A stretch of DNA of 64,000 nucleotides from positions 224,001 through 288,000 of the forward strand of contig CAXXWC010000019.1 in NCBI GenBank assembly GCA_963668645.2, given 5' to 3'. The notes under the pieces are model-generated. The model saw nothing but the letters and a program-made list of their open reading frames with translations, did no database searches and was not told the origin of the DNA. A program made the translations under genes and the position numbers. Shown piece by piece: positions 28,878 through 37,823 of this stretch; position 1 is the first letter of the stretch; each line of letters begins with the position of its first letter. Origin of the DNA: Desulfobacterales bacterium (GTDB lineage: Bacteria; Desulfobacterota; Desulfobacteria; Desulfobacterales; UBA2174).

Positions 28878-31067
28878 ATGAGACGCACGCTATTGTTCTG
28901 GCTCATCGTACTGTCAGGCACCATGGTCGCTCTCCCGGCCGTGGCCACGGAGGACTATGCCCGGACCACCGGCAAGGGATGCGCCTTTTGCCACCACGCG
29001 TCAACCGGCGGCCCACTGCGCACCGCGGGACTTGCCTACATCCGCAACGGTTACCGCTACCCCATCAGCCAAACGGTACTCGAAAAGGCCGAGGCCCTCC
29101 AGAGGCCCGGGCACCGGGTGCTGCGCTGGGCCTTGGGCTATCTGCATCTTTTGGCCGCGGTGATTTTCTGCGGGGCGATCTTCTACATCCACATCTTCGT
29201 CGGACCCGCCAAACTCACCGGCGGCCTGCCCAAAGCCGAGCGCATTCTCGGCATGAGCTGCATGGCGGTGCTCACCGTAACCGGGGTCTACCTCACCTGG
29301 TACCGGATGGACCGCTGGGCCCAGTTCGTCGACAACACCATCGGCCTGATGCTCACGGTCAAGATCCTCCTCTTCGCCCTGATGGCCGCCATCGGGTTGA
29401 CGGCTGCCACGGTTGTCCATCGCCGCATGCGCACCGCGACCCTGAAGCCGCCGGCAGACGCCGATCCGCTGACCACACCTGCCCTTACATCGGCCGACGG
29501 CAAAGACGGCCGGCCGGCGCATATCGTTTTCGAAGGTACGGTCTACGACGTCTCGGCGAGCGAAAAATGGAAAGGCGGGCGGCACTTCGGCAAGCACCAG
29601 GCCGGTGCCGATCTGACCGCCGCCATGGCCGGCGCGCCCCACGGTCAGGAGGTCCTTGAAAAGGTTCCCCGGCTCGGCCCGCTGGCCGCAGGTGGCGGCA
29701 AAGCGCCAGGCGGCAGGATGCGCCGGATCTTCGTGGTGATGGCCTACACCAACCTGGTGCTGATTTTCCTGATCCTGGCCTGCATCGGTGTTTGGCGCTG
29801 GGGGCTGCCCCTGGCCTGGCTGCCCGCGAGCGCCCCGGGCAGCGCCGGGGCCGCGGTGCTGCCGGCTGAAAGCTGCGTCCAATGCCACAGCCAAAAGACG
29901 CCCGCCGTAGTGGCCGACTGGAAGAACAGCGCGCACGGGCGCCTCGACGTGAACTGCTACAAGTGCCACCGGGCCGGCAACGATGCCCTGATTCTCAAAA
30001 GCCACCTGGAACAGACCATCCAGCCGATTTCACCGGTGGTCAGCCCCGTCGCCTGCCGCGGCTGCCACCCCAGAGAGGCCGAAGAGTTTGCCCGCAGCAA
30101 GCACGCCAACACCCACCAGATCATGTGGCGGATCGATCCCTGGCTCAAAGACGGAATGAACAACGAACTCGAGCGCACCACCGGCTGTTTCGCCTGCCAC
30201 GGCACCCGGGTCGAGGTGAGCGGCGGCCGGCCGGATCCGGGAACCTGGCCCAACGTGGGCATCGGTCGCATCAATCCCGACGGCAGCCGGGGAAGCTGTT
30301 CCAGTTGCCATACCCGCCACCTGTTTTCTTTGGTCGAGGCGCGCAAACCCGAAGCCTGCGACCAGTGCCACCTGGGGCCGGACCACCCCCAGATCGAGAT
30401 CTATAACGAATCCAAGCACGGGACCATCTACAACGCCGAGGGACACCGCTGGCAATGGGACCCCGACGACCGGCGCTGGACGGCCGGTCGTGATTTCCGG
30501 GCACCGACATGCGCCTTCTGCCACATGTCGGCCGCCGGTACCGTTGCCAGAACCCACGACGTCACCGAACGGCTCGCCTGGGAACTCCAGGCTCCCCTCA
30601 CGGTGCGGCCCCAGGATTTCGCCCCTCTGCCGGCGGCCTCCACCTGGCAGGCCGAACGGGACAAGATGGTCGCCGTCTGCCGCCAGTGCCACGCCGAAAT
30701 CTGGGCGAGGGGCCACTTCGCCAACCTCGACGCCACGGTGGCCCATTACAACGACACCTACTACCGCCCGGCCCGGGTCCGGATGGACGCCCTCTACGCA
30801 GCCGGCCTCCTGTCGGGCGAACGGTACTTCGACGAGCCGCTGGAGTGGGAATTCTACGAGCTGTGGCACCATGAGGGGCGCCGGGCCCGCATGGGCACGG
30901 CCATGATGGCCCCGGACTACGCCTGGTGGCACGGCTTCTACGAACTCAAGCACCGCCTGGGCACTTTTTCCGACGAAGCCCGACGGCTTGAGGCGGGAGG
31001 TGCCGCCCCCCGCTGGGACGCCTTTCCCGGACGTTTCAAACCCCGCCCCAAGGGAGGATCGCCATGA
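28878..31067 (+). CDS. Fusion protein: monoheme c + membrane helices + cytochrome b5-like domain + HAO-family octaheme cytochrome c
   Basis: 9 CxxCH (1+8); b5-like GTVYDVSASEKWKGGRH..HQAGADLT..APHG; CHLGPDHPQIEIY.ESKHG; WHHEGRRARMG..MMAPDYAWWHG. Confidence 0.88.
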   Translation: MRRTLLFWLIVLSGTMVALPAVATEDYARTTGKGCAFCHHASTGGPLRTAGLAYIRNGYRYPISQTVLEKAEALQRPGHRVLRWALGYLHLLAAVIFCGAIFYIHIFVGPAKLTGGLPKAERILGMSCMAVLTVTGVYLTWYRMDRWAQFVDNTIGLMLTVKILLFALMAAIGLTAATVVHRRMRTATLKPPADADPLTTPALTSADGKDGRPAHIVFEGTVYDVSASEKWKGGRHFGKHQAGADLTAAMAGAPHGQEVLEKVPRLGPLAAGGGKAPGGRMRRIFVVMAYTNLVLIFLILACIGVWRWGLPLAWLPASAPGSAGAAVLPAESCVQCHSQKTPAVVADWKNSAHGRLDVNCYKCHRAGNDALILKSHLEQTIQPISPVVSPVACRGCHPREAEEFARSKHANTHQIMWRIDPWLKDGMNNELERTTGCFACHGTRVEVSGGRPDPGTWPNVGIGRINPDGSRGSCSSCHTRHLFSLVEARKPEACDQCHLGPDHPQIEIYNESKHGTIYNAEGHRWQWDPDDRRWTAGRDFRAPTCAFCHMSAAGTVARTHDVTERLAWELQAPLTVRPQDFAPLPAASTWQAERDKMVAVCRQCHAEIWARGHFANLDATVAHYNDTYYRPARVRMDALYAAGLLSGERYFDEPLEWEFYELWHHEGRRARMGTAMMAPDYAWWHGFYELKHRLGTFSDEARRLEAGGAAPRWDAFPGRFKPRPKGGSP

Positions 31068-31666
31068 AACGCATGCTCGCTGTCACCCTGCTGGTGGGTG
31101 CCGGCATCCTGATCGCTTTTCCTCTTTTTTCCATGACCTACTACACCATGGTGCGCACATCGACCCCAGAGTTTTGCGCCTCCTGCCATGAAATCAAACC
31201 GGCCGTGCGCGCCTGGCAGGCCTCGACCCACACCAACAACGCCCCCGGGGTGGTGGCCGACTGCATGGACTGCCACCTGCCCGCCCCCCACCGGACCTTT
31301 GAATTTTTCTTTGCCAAGACCTACCACGGCGCCAAGGACGTGGTGAAACACTTCCTCATCGAAACGTACGACCGGGAAAAGAATCGCCAGGCCGCCTACG
31401 CCGGCTTCACTAATGAGGAGTGCCAAAAGTGCCACCGCAACCTGATCTTCATGCCGGCCCGGCGCGGCGCCATGCTGGCCCATCGTAGCGTCCTCTACGC
31501 CCGTGCCGGCTACGAAAAAAAGTGCGTCGACTGCCACTACGATCTGGTGCACGACGACAAGATCCAGATGATGTACCGCCAGTACCGCAAGACCCCTTAC
31601 CAGGCCAAGGGACTGCGCGTGGAAAGGCTGGACATGGAACGCCCGCAAACGGGGAAAGGAGTATGA
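31064..31666 (+). CDS. NapC/NirT-family membrane-anchored tetraheme cytochrome c
   Basis: N-terminal TM; TSTPEFCASCH, CMDCH, CQKCH, CVDCH. Confidence 0.9.
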   Translation: MKRMLAVTLLVGAGILIAFPLFSMTYYTMVRTSTPEFCASCHEIKPAVRAWQASTHTNNAPGVVADCMDCHLPAPHRTFEFFFAKTYHGAKDVVKHFLIETYDREKNRQAAYAGFTNEECQKCHRNLIFMPARRGAMLAHRSVLYARAGYEKKCVDCHYDLVHDDKIQMMYRQYRKTPYQAKGLRVERLDMERPQTGKGV

Positions 31667-33057
31667 CGATGAAAAGGATGCGTTTGGCTGTCTGCCTCGG
31701 GGCAGTCCTGCTGATGATCGGCGGGAACGCCATCGCCCAACAACCCAACTATCCCAAGGCCAAGGAGTACCGCATCGAGCGCAACGTCCCGCCCGAGGCC
31801 CAGGCCTGCATCGAATGCCACCGGGCGACCACCCCCGGAATCTTCTCCGACTGGGCCAACAGCCGGCACGCTAACGCCAACATCACCTGTCTCGACTGCC
31901 ACTTGGTCCAGCCGGGCGACGTGGACATCGCCAAGGGGCACGAGAAGTACTACGGCCGCTCGGACTTGCCTTACGGCAAAAGCCGCTACAAGGTGCCCAT
32001 CGCCTCTGTCGTCACTCCGAAGGACTGTTCGCGCTGCCACCCGGACGAAGTGACCCAGTACAGCCGCTCGAAGCACGCCAACACCATCGAGATCATCTGG
32101 AAGATCGACCCCTGGCTCAACAAGGGGATGAACTCGGACAACGAACGCAAGACCGGCTGTTTCAACTGCCACGGAACGGTAATCGCCATCGACGGTGCCG
32201 GTGACCTCGACCCGGCGACCTGGCCCAACGTCGGCGTGGGACGGCTCAACCTGGACGGGAGCAAGGGAGCGTGCACCTCCTGCCACACCAGGCACCGGTT
32301 CTCAGTGGCCGAGGCGCGCATGCCCGAGGCCTGCGACCAGTGCCACCTCGGCCCGGACCACCCGCAGATCGAGATCTACGAGGAGTCGAAGCACGGGACC
32401 ATCTACCACGCATACAAGGACGAGTATAACTTCAATGCCGCCGGCGGCACCTGGACCGCCGGGGTGGACTACCGCGCTCCCACCTGCGCGGCCTGCCACA
32501 TGTCGGGCACGGGCAAGGTCCTCACCAGCCACGACGTCACCGAACGCCTCTCCTGGGAGACCCAGGCGCCGCTGACGGTCCGCCCCAAGGACTTCGCCGC
32601 TTTTCCGGCCGGCACAGACTGGCAGGCCGAACGCGGGAAGATGAAAGACGTCTGTCGCCAGTGCCACGGCGACTCGTGGATCGATGATTTCTACACCGGC
32701 TTCGACAAGGCCGTCGAGGAGTACAACGAGGTCTATTTCAAGCCGGCCAAGGCCAAGCTCGACGAGTTATATGCTAAAGGGCTGCTCGATCAGACCAGAT
32801 TTTTCGACGAGCACCTGGAGCACGAGTTCTACGAGCTGTGGCACCACGAGGGGCGCCGGGCGCGCATGGGCACGATGATGATGGCCCCGGACTACGCCTG
32901 GTGGCACGGATTCTATGAGTGCAAGTTCCGGTTCGCCAACTTCATGCAAGAAGCCGGGCACCTGATCGAAACCGGCCACAAGGCATATGTCACCAAGGAC
33001 TTCCCCAACGCCACCGGCAACACCCAAAAACCGCCCGCGGTGTTCGGGAACAAGTAG
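31663..33057 (+). CDS. HAO-family octaheme cytochrome c
   Basis: Signal peptide; 8 CxxCH; same conserved motifs as the upstream fused paralog. Confidence 0.9.
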   Translation: MTMKRMRLAVCLGAVLLMIGGNAIAQQPNYPKAKEYRIERNVPPEAQACIECHRATTPGIFSDWANSRHANANITCLDCHLVQPGDVDIAKGHEKYYGRSDLPYGKSRYKVPIASVVTPKDCSRCHPDEVTQYSRSKHANTIEIIWKIDPWLNKGMNSDNERKTGCFNCHGTVIAIDGAGDLDPATWPNVGVGRLNLDGSKGACTSCHTRHRFSVAEARMPEACDQCHLGPDHPQIEIYEESKHGTIYHAYKDEYNFNAAGGTWTAGVDYRAPTCAACHMSGTGKVLTSHDVTERLSWETQAPLTVRPKDFAAFPAGTDWQAERGKMKDVCRQCHGDSWIDDFYTGFDKAVEEYNEVYFKPAKAKLDELYAKGLLDQTRFFDEHLEHEFYELWHHEGRRARMGTMMMAPDYAWWHGFYECKFRFANFMQEAGHLIETGHKAYVTKDFPNATGNTQKPPAVFGNK

Positions 33058-33105
33058 GGAGAGAGGTTCCCGAAAACCGGGAAATGGAGGGGGCTGAAAC
33101 CGGTT

Positions 33106-33591
33106 CTAACCATGGCATCGCGGACACGAGGAGGCAGGTTCCAGGGGGCCTCGTTTTACGACGGACTTGATCACGGGCGTCAGACGGTTTGCCGCGTAGG
33201 CACTTCTTCCGATGGCGACCACAGCGACAAATCCGGCGATCCCACCGGCGAGGCATCCCAGGATGGCCCAGGCAGAGGTGGCAGCGCCCAGTGCGCCCGC
33301 CGCCCATGTCCCCGTTCCCGCCCCCAGCACCATCAAGGCAACCGGGAGAAGATAAAAGAGCGCCGCCCCCGTGAAGAGATGGGTCGATGCCAACTCGATA
33401 CGGACCATGTCTCCGGTGCGGGCGCCGACGGGGTTGATCACGCGGCTTTCTATTTTCCCGGAAGCTGCCGGGCATGCGCTGCAGGCGCCGCCGTGGTCAT
33501 GGCAACCGCCGCAGGCCTCTTTTCTGGCGGTAAGCACATTCGCCCAACGTTTCCCATGGCTGCCGACGACAATGCCGATGCACTGTGTCAT
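33106..33591 (-). CDS. RseC/MucC-family membrane protein
   Basis: RKEACGGC...C, NPVGARTGDMVRI, AALFYLLP, two TM helices. Confidence 0.8.
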   Translation of the reverse strand: MTQCIGIVVGSHGKRWANVLTARKEACGGCHDHGGACSACPAASGKIESRVINPVGARTGDMVRIELASTHLFTGAALFYLLPVALMVLGAGTGTWAAGALGAATSAWAILGCLAGGIAGFVAVVAIGRSAYAANRLTPVIKSVVKRGPLEPASSCPRCHG

Positions 33592-33669
33592 GGGGCACCT
33601 CCTATTTTTCTCATATCTTCAGCCCCGCTTCGCTCTCCGGCCCGAGTCAGTGGAATCCCCCGCAGCACC

Positions 33670-34023
33670 TTATCGGGCAAGGTCCTGGCGCCTTTCCAGG
33701 TATTCCGCTTTATCGATTTCTCCCCGGGCATAGCGCCGGTTGAGTATCTCCAGGGCATCCGGATCGTCTGCGGGCACATCGAGGCGTGGTGAGCCGGTGT
33801 TGCGACCCAGCCGCCCCACCAGCAGGACAAGACCGATAATGACGATAAGCCAGAGGAAAAACATGCCGCCTCCTATTCCGTGCCCCATCATGCCATACCC
33901 ACCGGCACCGTATCCGCTGCAAAACCAGCCTCCCGGTCCGCCGGTGCGGTACATCCAGAACAAACCGCCGCCCAAAACCAGGGCCGCGGCGATGGCGATC
34001 ACTGAAGACAGGGTTCGATTCAT
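33670..34023 (-). CDS. SHOCT-domain membrane protein
   Basis: GMMG motif, TM, ALEILNRRYARGEIDKAEYLERRQDL. Confidence 0.85.
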   Translation of the reverse strand: MNRTLSSVIAIAAALVLGGGLFWMYRTGGPGGWFCSGYGAGGYGMMGHGIGGGMFFLWLIVIIGLVLLVGRLGRNTGSPRLDVPADDPDALEILNRRYARGEIDKAEYLERRQDLAR

Positions 34024-34089
34024 GTTGGCCTTCTTTCCAATTGCGCCATCCGGCAGCAGCACGACCGCTACCGGATGGTAAGAAACCGG

Positions 34090-34572
34090 TTACCTCCAGC
34101 AGTATCCGGGGCCGTAACCGCCGCCTCGATACCCTCTTTCAGGCATAATCTTTCCGACCGCGAGCCGATAGGCCAGGGCCTTCTGGTCGAATTCGCCCTC
34201 AAGCCCGGAGAGTTCTTTCTGTAGTCTGGAGAGTTCCGCCTGGTCCGGGCTTTCCTTGTCCATGGCTTCTTCCAGCGCGATCTGCTTGTCGCGGATTTCA
34301 GACCGAAGCGTTCTGGTGGATGCGTAAAATTCGTCCCGGGCCTGATCCATTTTGATCGCGTCCTCCCGGGAGACATTGCCGTTGTCGCCATATCCGTAGC
34401 CCATCATGTGACGGCCCCATCCGCCGCCGTATCCCATCATGTGGCCGTAGCCGTCGTCGTCCATCATGCTGCCGTAGCGGCCATAACCGGATCCATGCGC
34501 AAAAGCCAGAGAAGCGATGCCGACAAGCGCGATTGCTGCGAATATGCTGAGAGTGGTTTTAAAAGGTGCCAT
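34090..34572 (-). CDS. ZraP/Spy/CpxP-family periplasmic protein
   Basis: Signal peptide, G/Y/M/H-rich N-terminus, helical core, GYGPGYCW end. Confidence 0.8.
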   Translation of the reverse strand: MAPFKTTLSIFAAIALVGIASLAFAHGSGYGRYGSMMDDDGYGHMMGYGGGWGRHMMGYGYGDNGNVSREDAIKMDQARDEFYASTRTLRSEIRDKQIALEEAMDKESPDQAELSRLQKELSGLEGEFDQKALAYRLAVGKIMPERGYRGGGYGPGYCWR

Positions 34573-34638
34573 GGTTTCACTCCTTTGGTTAAGGTTGACT
34601 GACCCAATGGATCAGCTTGTTGTTTAGTCTCAGAATAA

Positions 34639-34654
34639 AGCAATCCGCATGCCA
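34639..34654 (-). promoter_or_regulatory. Sigma-54 -24/-12 promoter
   Basis: TGGCATGCGGATTGCT on the minus strand, near consensus. Confidence 0.85.
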
Positions 34655-34751
34655 TACAAGCCATACTCAATTAAAGAAATTTTAATTTACTGATATTATG
34701 GGATAATAATTTTAACAAATACCGCCGGTCGCAGAGTGCCACTAAAATAAG

Positions 34752-34811
34752 CTGGGTAATAAAGCCACAGCCAGCGGCTGCAGCGAAGCGACCTGGGTAA
34801 AAACGGCACAG
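34752..34811. promoter_or_regulatory. Paired 19-bp enhancer-like repeats
   Basis: ctgggtaataaagccacag (34752) and ctgggtaaaaacggcacag (34793), 41 bp apart, about 100-155 bp upstream of the sigma-54 promoter. Confidence 0.65.
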
Positions 34812-34919
34812 GTGGAAAGCTGGCAGGATTACCTTCTGGGCACCGGCTCCCTTCCAAGGGACACCAATGCATCCCCTCTTGCAAGAGGCCGCCGACAAAA
34901 GCCATAAAAAGTCCATTTG

Positions 34920-35327
34920 AATGCCGGTTCATGCGGGCGGTCGTAAAAGGTATGCTCGACCTTGAGGAAGGATGCGAACAGTCTCTCTTCCAGGTCAAGA
35001 AGAGACTGGGATTGACCTGTCGATGCCCGCCCGAGTCACGATCCGTTTTGCCGATTCCGTTGTCCGAGACCTCGAAGAGATCCTGGCCTATTATTCCGTC
35101 AGGGAGCGGCGGACGTCGGCAAACGTTTGGTGGCTTCGAGCCTCGCGGCTGTCGAGGCATTGGTGGACCAGCCGGACATGGACCGGATAGCGCCGGAATT
35201 CGAGTCCGAAAATCTGCGTGAACTGATCCGCCCTCCCTTTTGGATCGTGTACCGCAGGCAGAGTTGGCATGTACGCATCGTTCGTGTCTGGCAAAGCGAG
35301 CACATGCTGAAGCTTACGGAGCCCTGA
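34920..35327 (+). pseudogene. Degenerate type II toxin-antitoxin pair (antitoxin C-terminal remnant + frameshifted RelE/ParE toxin)
   Basis: FMRAVVKGMLDLEEG..SLFQVKKRLGL; toxin from ATG 35023 (IRFADSVVRDLEEI) continues in another frame (PEFESENLRELIRPPFWIVYR..IVRVW). Confidence 0.75.
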
Positions 35328-35375
35328 GCAGATCGCTTTCGGCTTCGGCGGCGCTTATCTTCCCATGTGACAGGC

Positions 35376-36191
35376 TCATTGAAGGAAAGGTCTGATTTTT
35401 TCAATGAGCCGATCAGGTTGCTCTTCAATCACCAGATGACCGGCATCATTAATGATATGGAATAATGAGTCCGGGATCATTTCATGTAAAGCCTCTCCTT
35501 TTTCCAATGGTATCCATGTATCCTCACGTCCCCAAAGGATTAGAACAGGCGTCGTAATTTTGCCATACAAGTGCTGAATCTCTTTTGTAAAACTTGAATT
35601 TGCCTGCGCAATTTGCCGGTAAAAAGCCGCCTTGCCATCCGACCCCGTCCATGGACGAACAATCATATCAAGTGTCGCATCATCAATGGGTTTGAAGGCG
35701 GCAGTTTTGACATAAGCACGAACAATTGCCTCATGGATATAGTCCGGAACGCCAGCAAAAGCAGCTTCGTGCGCATTGACATGTTGGAAGAAAGGCGACC
35801 CCCAGGGAGAAATCGCGACTGGATCAATAAGTACAATTTTTCTGAAATCACATCCATTGAGAAGATGTGTTCGAAGAACTGTCGTACCTCCGAAGTCATG
35901 ACCAATGATAGCAGGATTCTTGAGGCCCCAGTGATCTATGAGCTTATCCAATATCTGATTCTGAATACATAGTGAAACATCACCGGGCGATTTATCAGAC
36001 TGGCCGTAACCGACAAGGTCATAATAATAAACGGTGAAGCTTTTCGATAACGCTTCAATAACATGGCGCAGATTGAATGAAGACCATGGTGTGCCGTGTA
36101 CCACCACCACTGGAGAGCCATCACCGATCACCCCATATTTTACAATGCGCCCCTTAAATACGTATGACTCGGGCACCTTCCATTGAACCAT
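35376..36191 (-). CDS. Alpha/beta hydrolase (cassette-like, lower GC)
   Basis: VHGTPWSS, DLVGYGQS, GHDFGG, WGREDTW, AGHLV. Confidence 0.9.
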   Translation of the reverse strand: MVQWKVPESYVFKGRIVKYGVIGDGSPVVVVHGTPWSSFNLRHVIEALSKSFTVYYYDLVGYGQSDKSPGDVSLCIQNQILDKLIDHWGLKNPAIIGHDFGGTTVLRTHLLNGCDFRKIVLIDPVAISPWGSPFFQHVNAHEAAFAGVPDYIHEAIVRAYVKTAAFKPIDDATLDMIVRPWTGSDGKAAFYRQIAQANSSFTKEIQHLYGKITTPVLILWGREDTWIPLEKGEALHEMIPDSLFHIINDAGHLVIEEQPDRLIEKIRPFLQ

Positions 36192-36199
36192 TAATAGCC

Positions 36200-36294
36200 T
36201 CCTATCGTCTCGGATAACGCGGCCGGCAGCAAACGAGGCCGAGCAAAACGAGCCGGATGGCCTGTTCCGGCTCGCGTTCATCCGTTTGTTAGGC
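36200..36294 (-). mobile_element. Integron attC site (95 bp) with mutated R' box
   Basis: Minus strand: GCCTAAC-AAA-CGGATGAACGCG...CGCGTTATCCG-AGAC-GATAGGA; upstream gene stop TAA lies in R''; arms pair with one extrahelical G. Confidence 0.8.
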
Positions 36295-37044
36295 GGCAGG
36301 ATGCGATCTGAACACGTAGATCGCCCAACCAAGCGTGTCGCGCCCCCAACGCAGGTATGCCGTCTTCGCCTTGCTCACGCGCTCGACCACCTCGGCCAAA
36401 TCCGGATCATCTGGCTGGGTGCGAGCGTACTCGGCTGCCGCTAACCATTGGAGGCCCTCATACCTGTCCCAGTCGTCCTTGCTGCTCACGATGGTGTGAA
36501 CGAGCGCCATTCCTCGCTGCTCTCCGGCTTCTGCATTCGAGGCATGGCTCCCGAAGTCTTCGCGCGTGCACTCCAATGCCTCCAGGTACTCCCCTGACGG
36601 CTCCTGCCGCCAGTACGGCTCTCCCACGATCACCCAGCCGCCGGGCTTCGCCATACGAATCAGCGCGTCGAGCGTATTCACATGCCCCCCGAAGATCCAA
36701 CTGGCACCGATACATGACGCCAGATCCAAGCTGTGCGGCTCGTCCGGCTTGAAATCCGCACCGTTCATTTGAGTGAAGGTGATGCCAGGACTCGATACCC
36801 GCGCATCGAGCCTTCTTTTCGCATCGGCGATGTGGAAAGGAGAAATGTCGATGCCCGTGCCGCGAACACCATAGGTTTCCGCCAAGCGAATCAGAAATTC
36901 GCCCTTACCACACGCAATGTCAGCTACCTGCGCGTCAGCCGGGAGGCGCAAAAGCTCCACGAGACGGGTCAGTTTTTCTTCGCTCGTGGGATTGCATACT
37001 AAGTGCTCACGGTGAGTGATATCGTAGAACTTCCATGTATCCAT
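36289..37044 (-). CDS. Class I SAM-dependent methyltransferase (gene cassette)
   Basis: VADIACGKGE, GIDIS, CIGASWIFGG, KPGG; RBS ggagga. Confidence 0.9.
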   Translation of the reverse strand: MDTWKFYDITHREHLVCNPTSEEKLTRLVELLRLPADAQVADIACGKGEFLIRLAETYGVRGTGIDISPFHIADAKRRLDARVSSPGITFTQMNGADFKPDEPHSLDLASCIGASWIFGGHVNTLDALIRMAKPGGWVIVGEPYWRQEPSGEYLEALECTREDFGSHASNAEAGEQRGMALVHTIVSSKDDWDRYEGLQWLAAAEYARTQPDDPDLAEVVERVSKAKTAYLRWGRDTLGWAIYVFRSHPAA

Positions 37045-37063
37045 GATTTTCAATCCTCCGAAG

Positions 37064-37107
37064 GCCTACCTTGCGATAAGAGCAGGAAAGCAAAAATTCC
37101 CGCTTGT
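37064..37107 (-). mobile_element. Degenerate/truncated attC remnant
   Basis: Minus strand ACAAGCGG...CTTATCGCAA-GGTAGGC directly upstream of the methyltransferase RBS. Confidence 0.35.
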
Positions 37108-37189
37108 GACATCTTTGGATACCATTATTATCAGCTTTTAGTATTTACATCTATAGGTTATCGTGAGCGACCCAATTACGACGCGGTGG

Positions 37190-37300
37190 AGTGTCGATGT
37201 CGCGTCTTGTGGAACCGCCCAAGCCGGACGATCACCTTCTGGAGCGGATCATATCCCAGGGATAACATGCTTTGCGCATGGAAACGGGTCAAGGTTGTCA
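37190..37300 (+). pseudogene. Group II intron reverse transcriptase N-terminal fragment
   Basis: DDHLLERII / RDNMLCAWKRVK across a frameshift, resembling RT0 (LLERILSRDNM..AWKRVKAN). Confidence 0.7.
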
Positions 37301-37579
37301 ATGGTCAACAATGGCGCTGCAGAAGTCTGACGGGATCTCGATCGAACGGTTTCCGGATGTTGCCCGCACGGGGCTGATAGAGTTTTCGAATCATTTGGTG
37401 GTAAGGAGAGGTGGAGAGAAACTCCCTCTTACTCAAAGTTAACCCGTCCTTTTTAGACCCGAAAACGCGAATATCGGGTCGTTTTCGGGCCAATATTTTC
37501 GCCAACCCTCTTGATTTATGATTTTTTTCATGGTCCGCCCCCTTTCGAGTGGTTACTCGTACAGGGGTGGCCATTCCCA

Positions 37580-37750
37580 TGTTCCTTACACGCAAAGGCC
37601 CTTGATAAAGCTCGCGCACGCTGGCGACCCAGAATGGTATGACCAACCAGCGGCTGAAGGATCAGGGGCTGGCATCTGTCAAAAAACTGTGGGTGAAAAT
37701 CCACTACCCGGGGCTACGGCCCGGTAAGCTTTGCGAACCGCATAGGGCGC
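37580..37750 (+). pseudogene. Group II intron RT/maturase C-terminal fragment plus start of domain V
   Basis: RKGP..SSRTLATQNGMTNQRLKDQGLASVKKLWVKIHYP/ATAR*, then gcgaaccgc. Confidence 0.75.
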
Positions 37751-37823
37751 TTGACTTGTGGATTCGACAGGATGGCGGAGGAACTGCCGGGCTTCGATGG
37801 GAGACCGGCGGCCCGAGGATCCC

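Noticed and set aside
35325..35376. attC between the toxin remnant and the hydrolase
   Set aside because: Partial resemblance only (gcggcgcttatc); R boxes not identifiable
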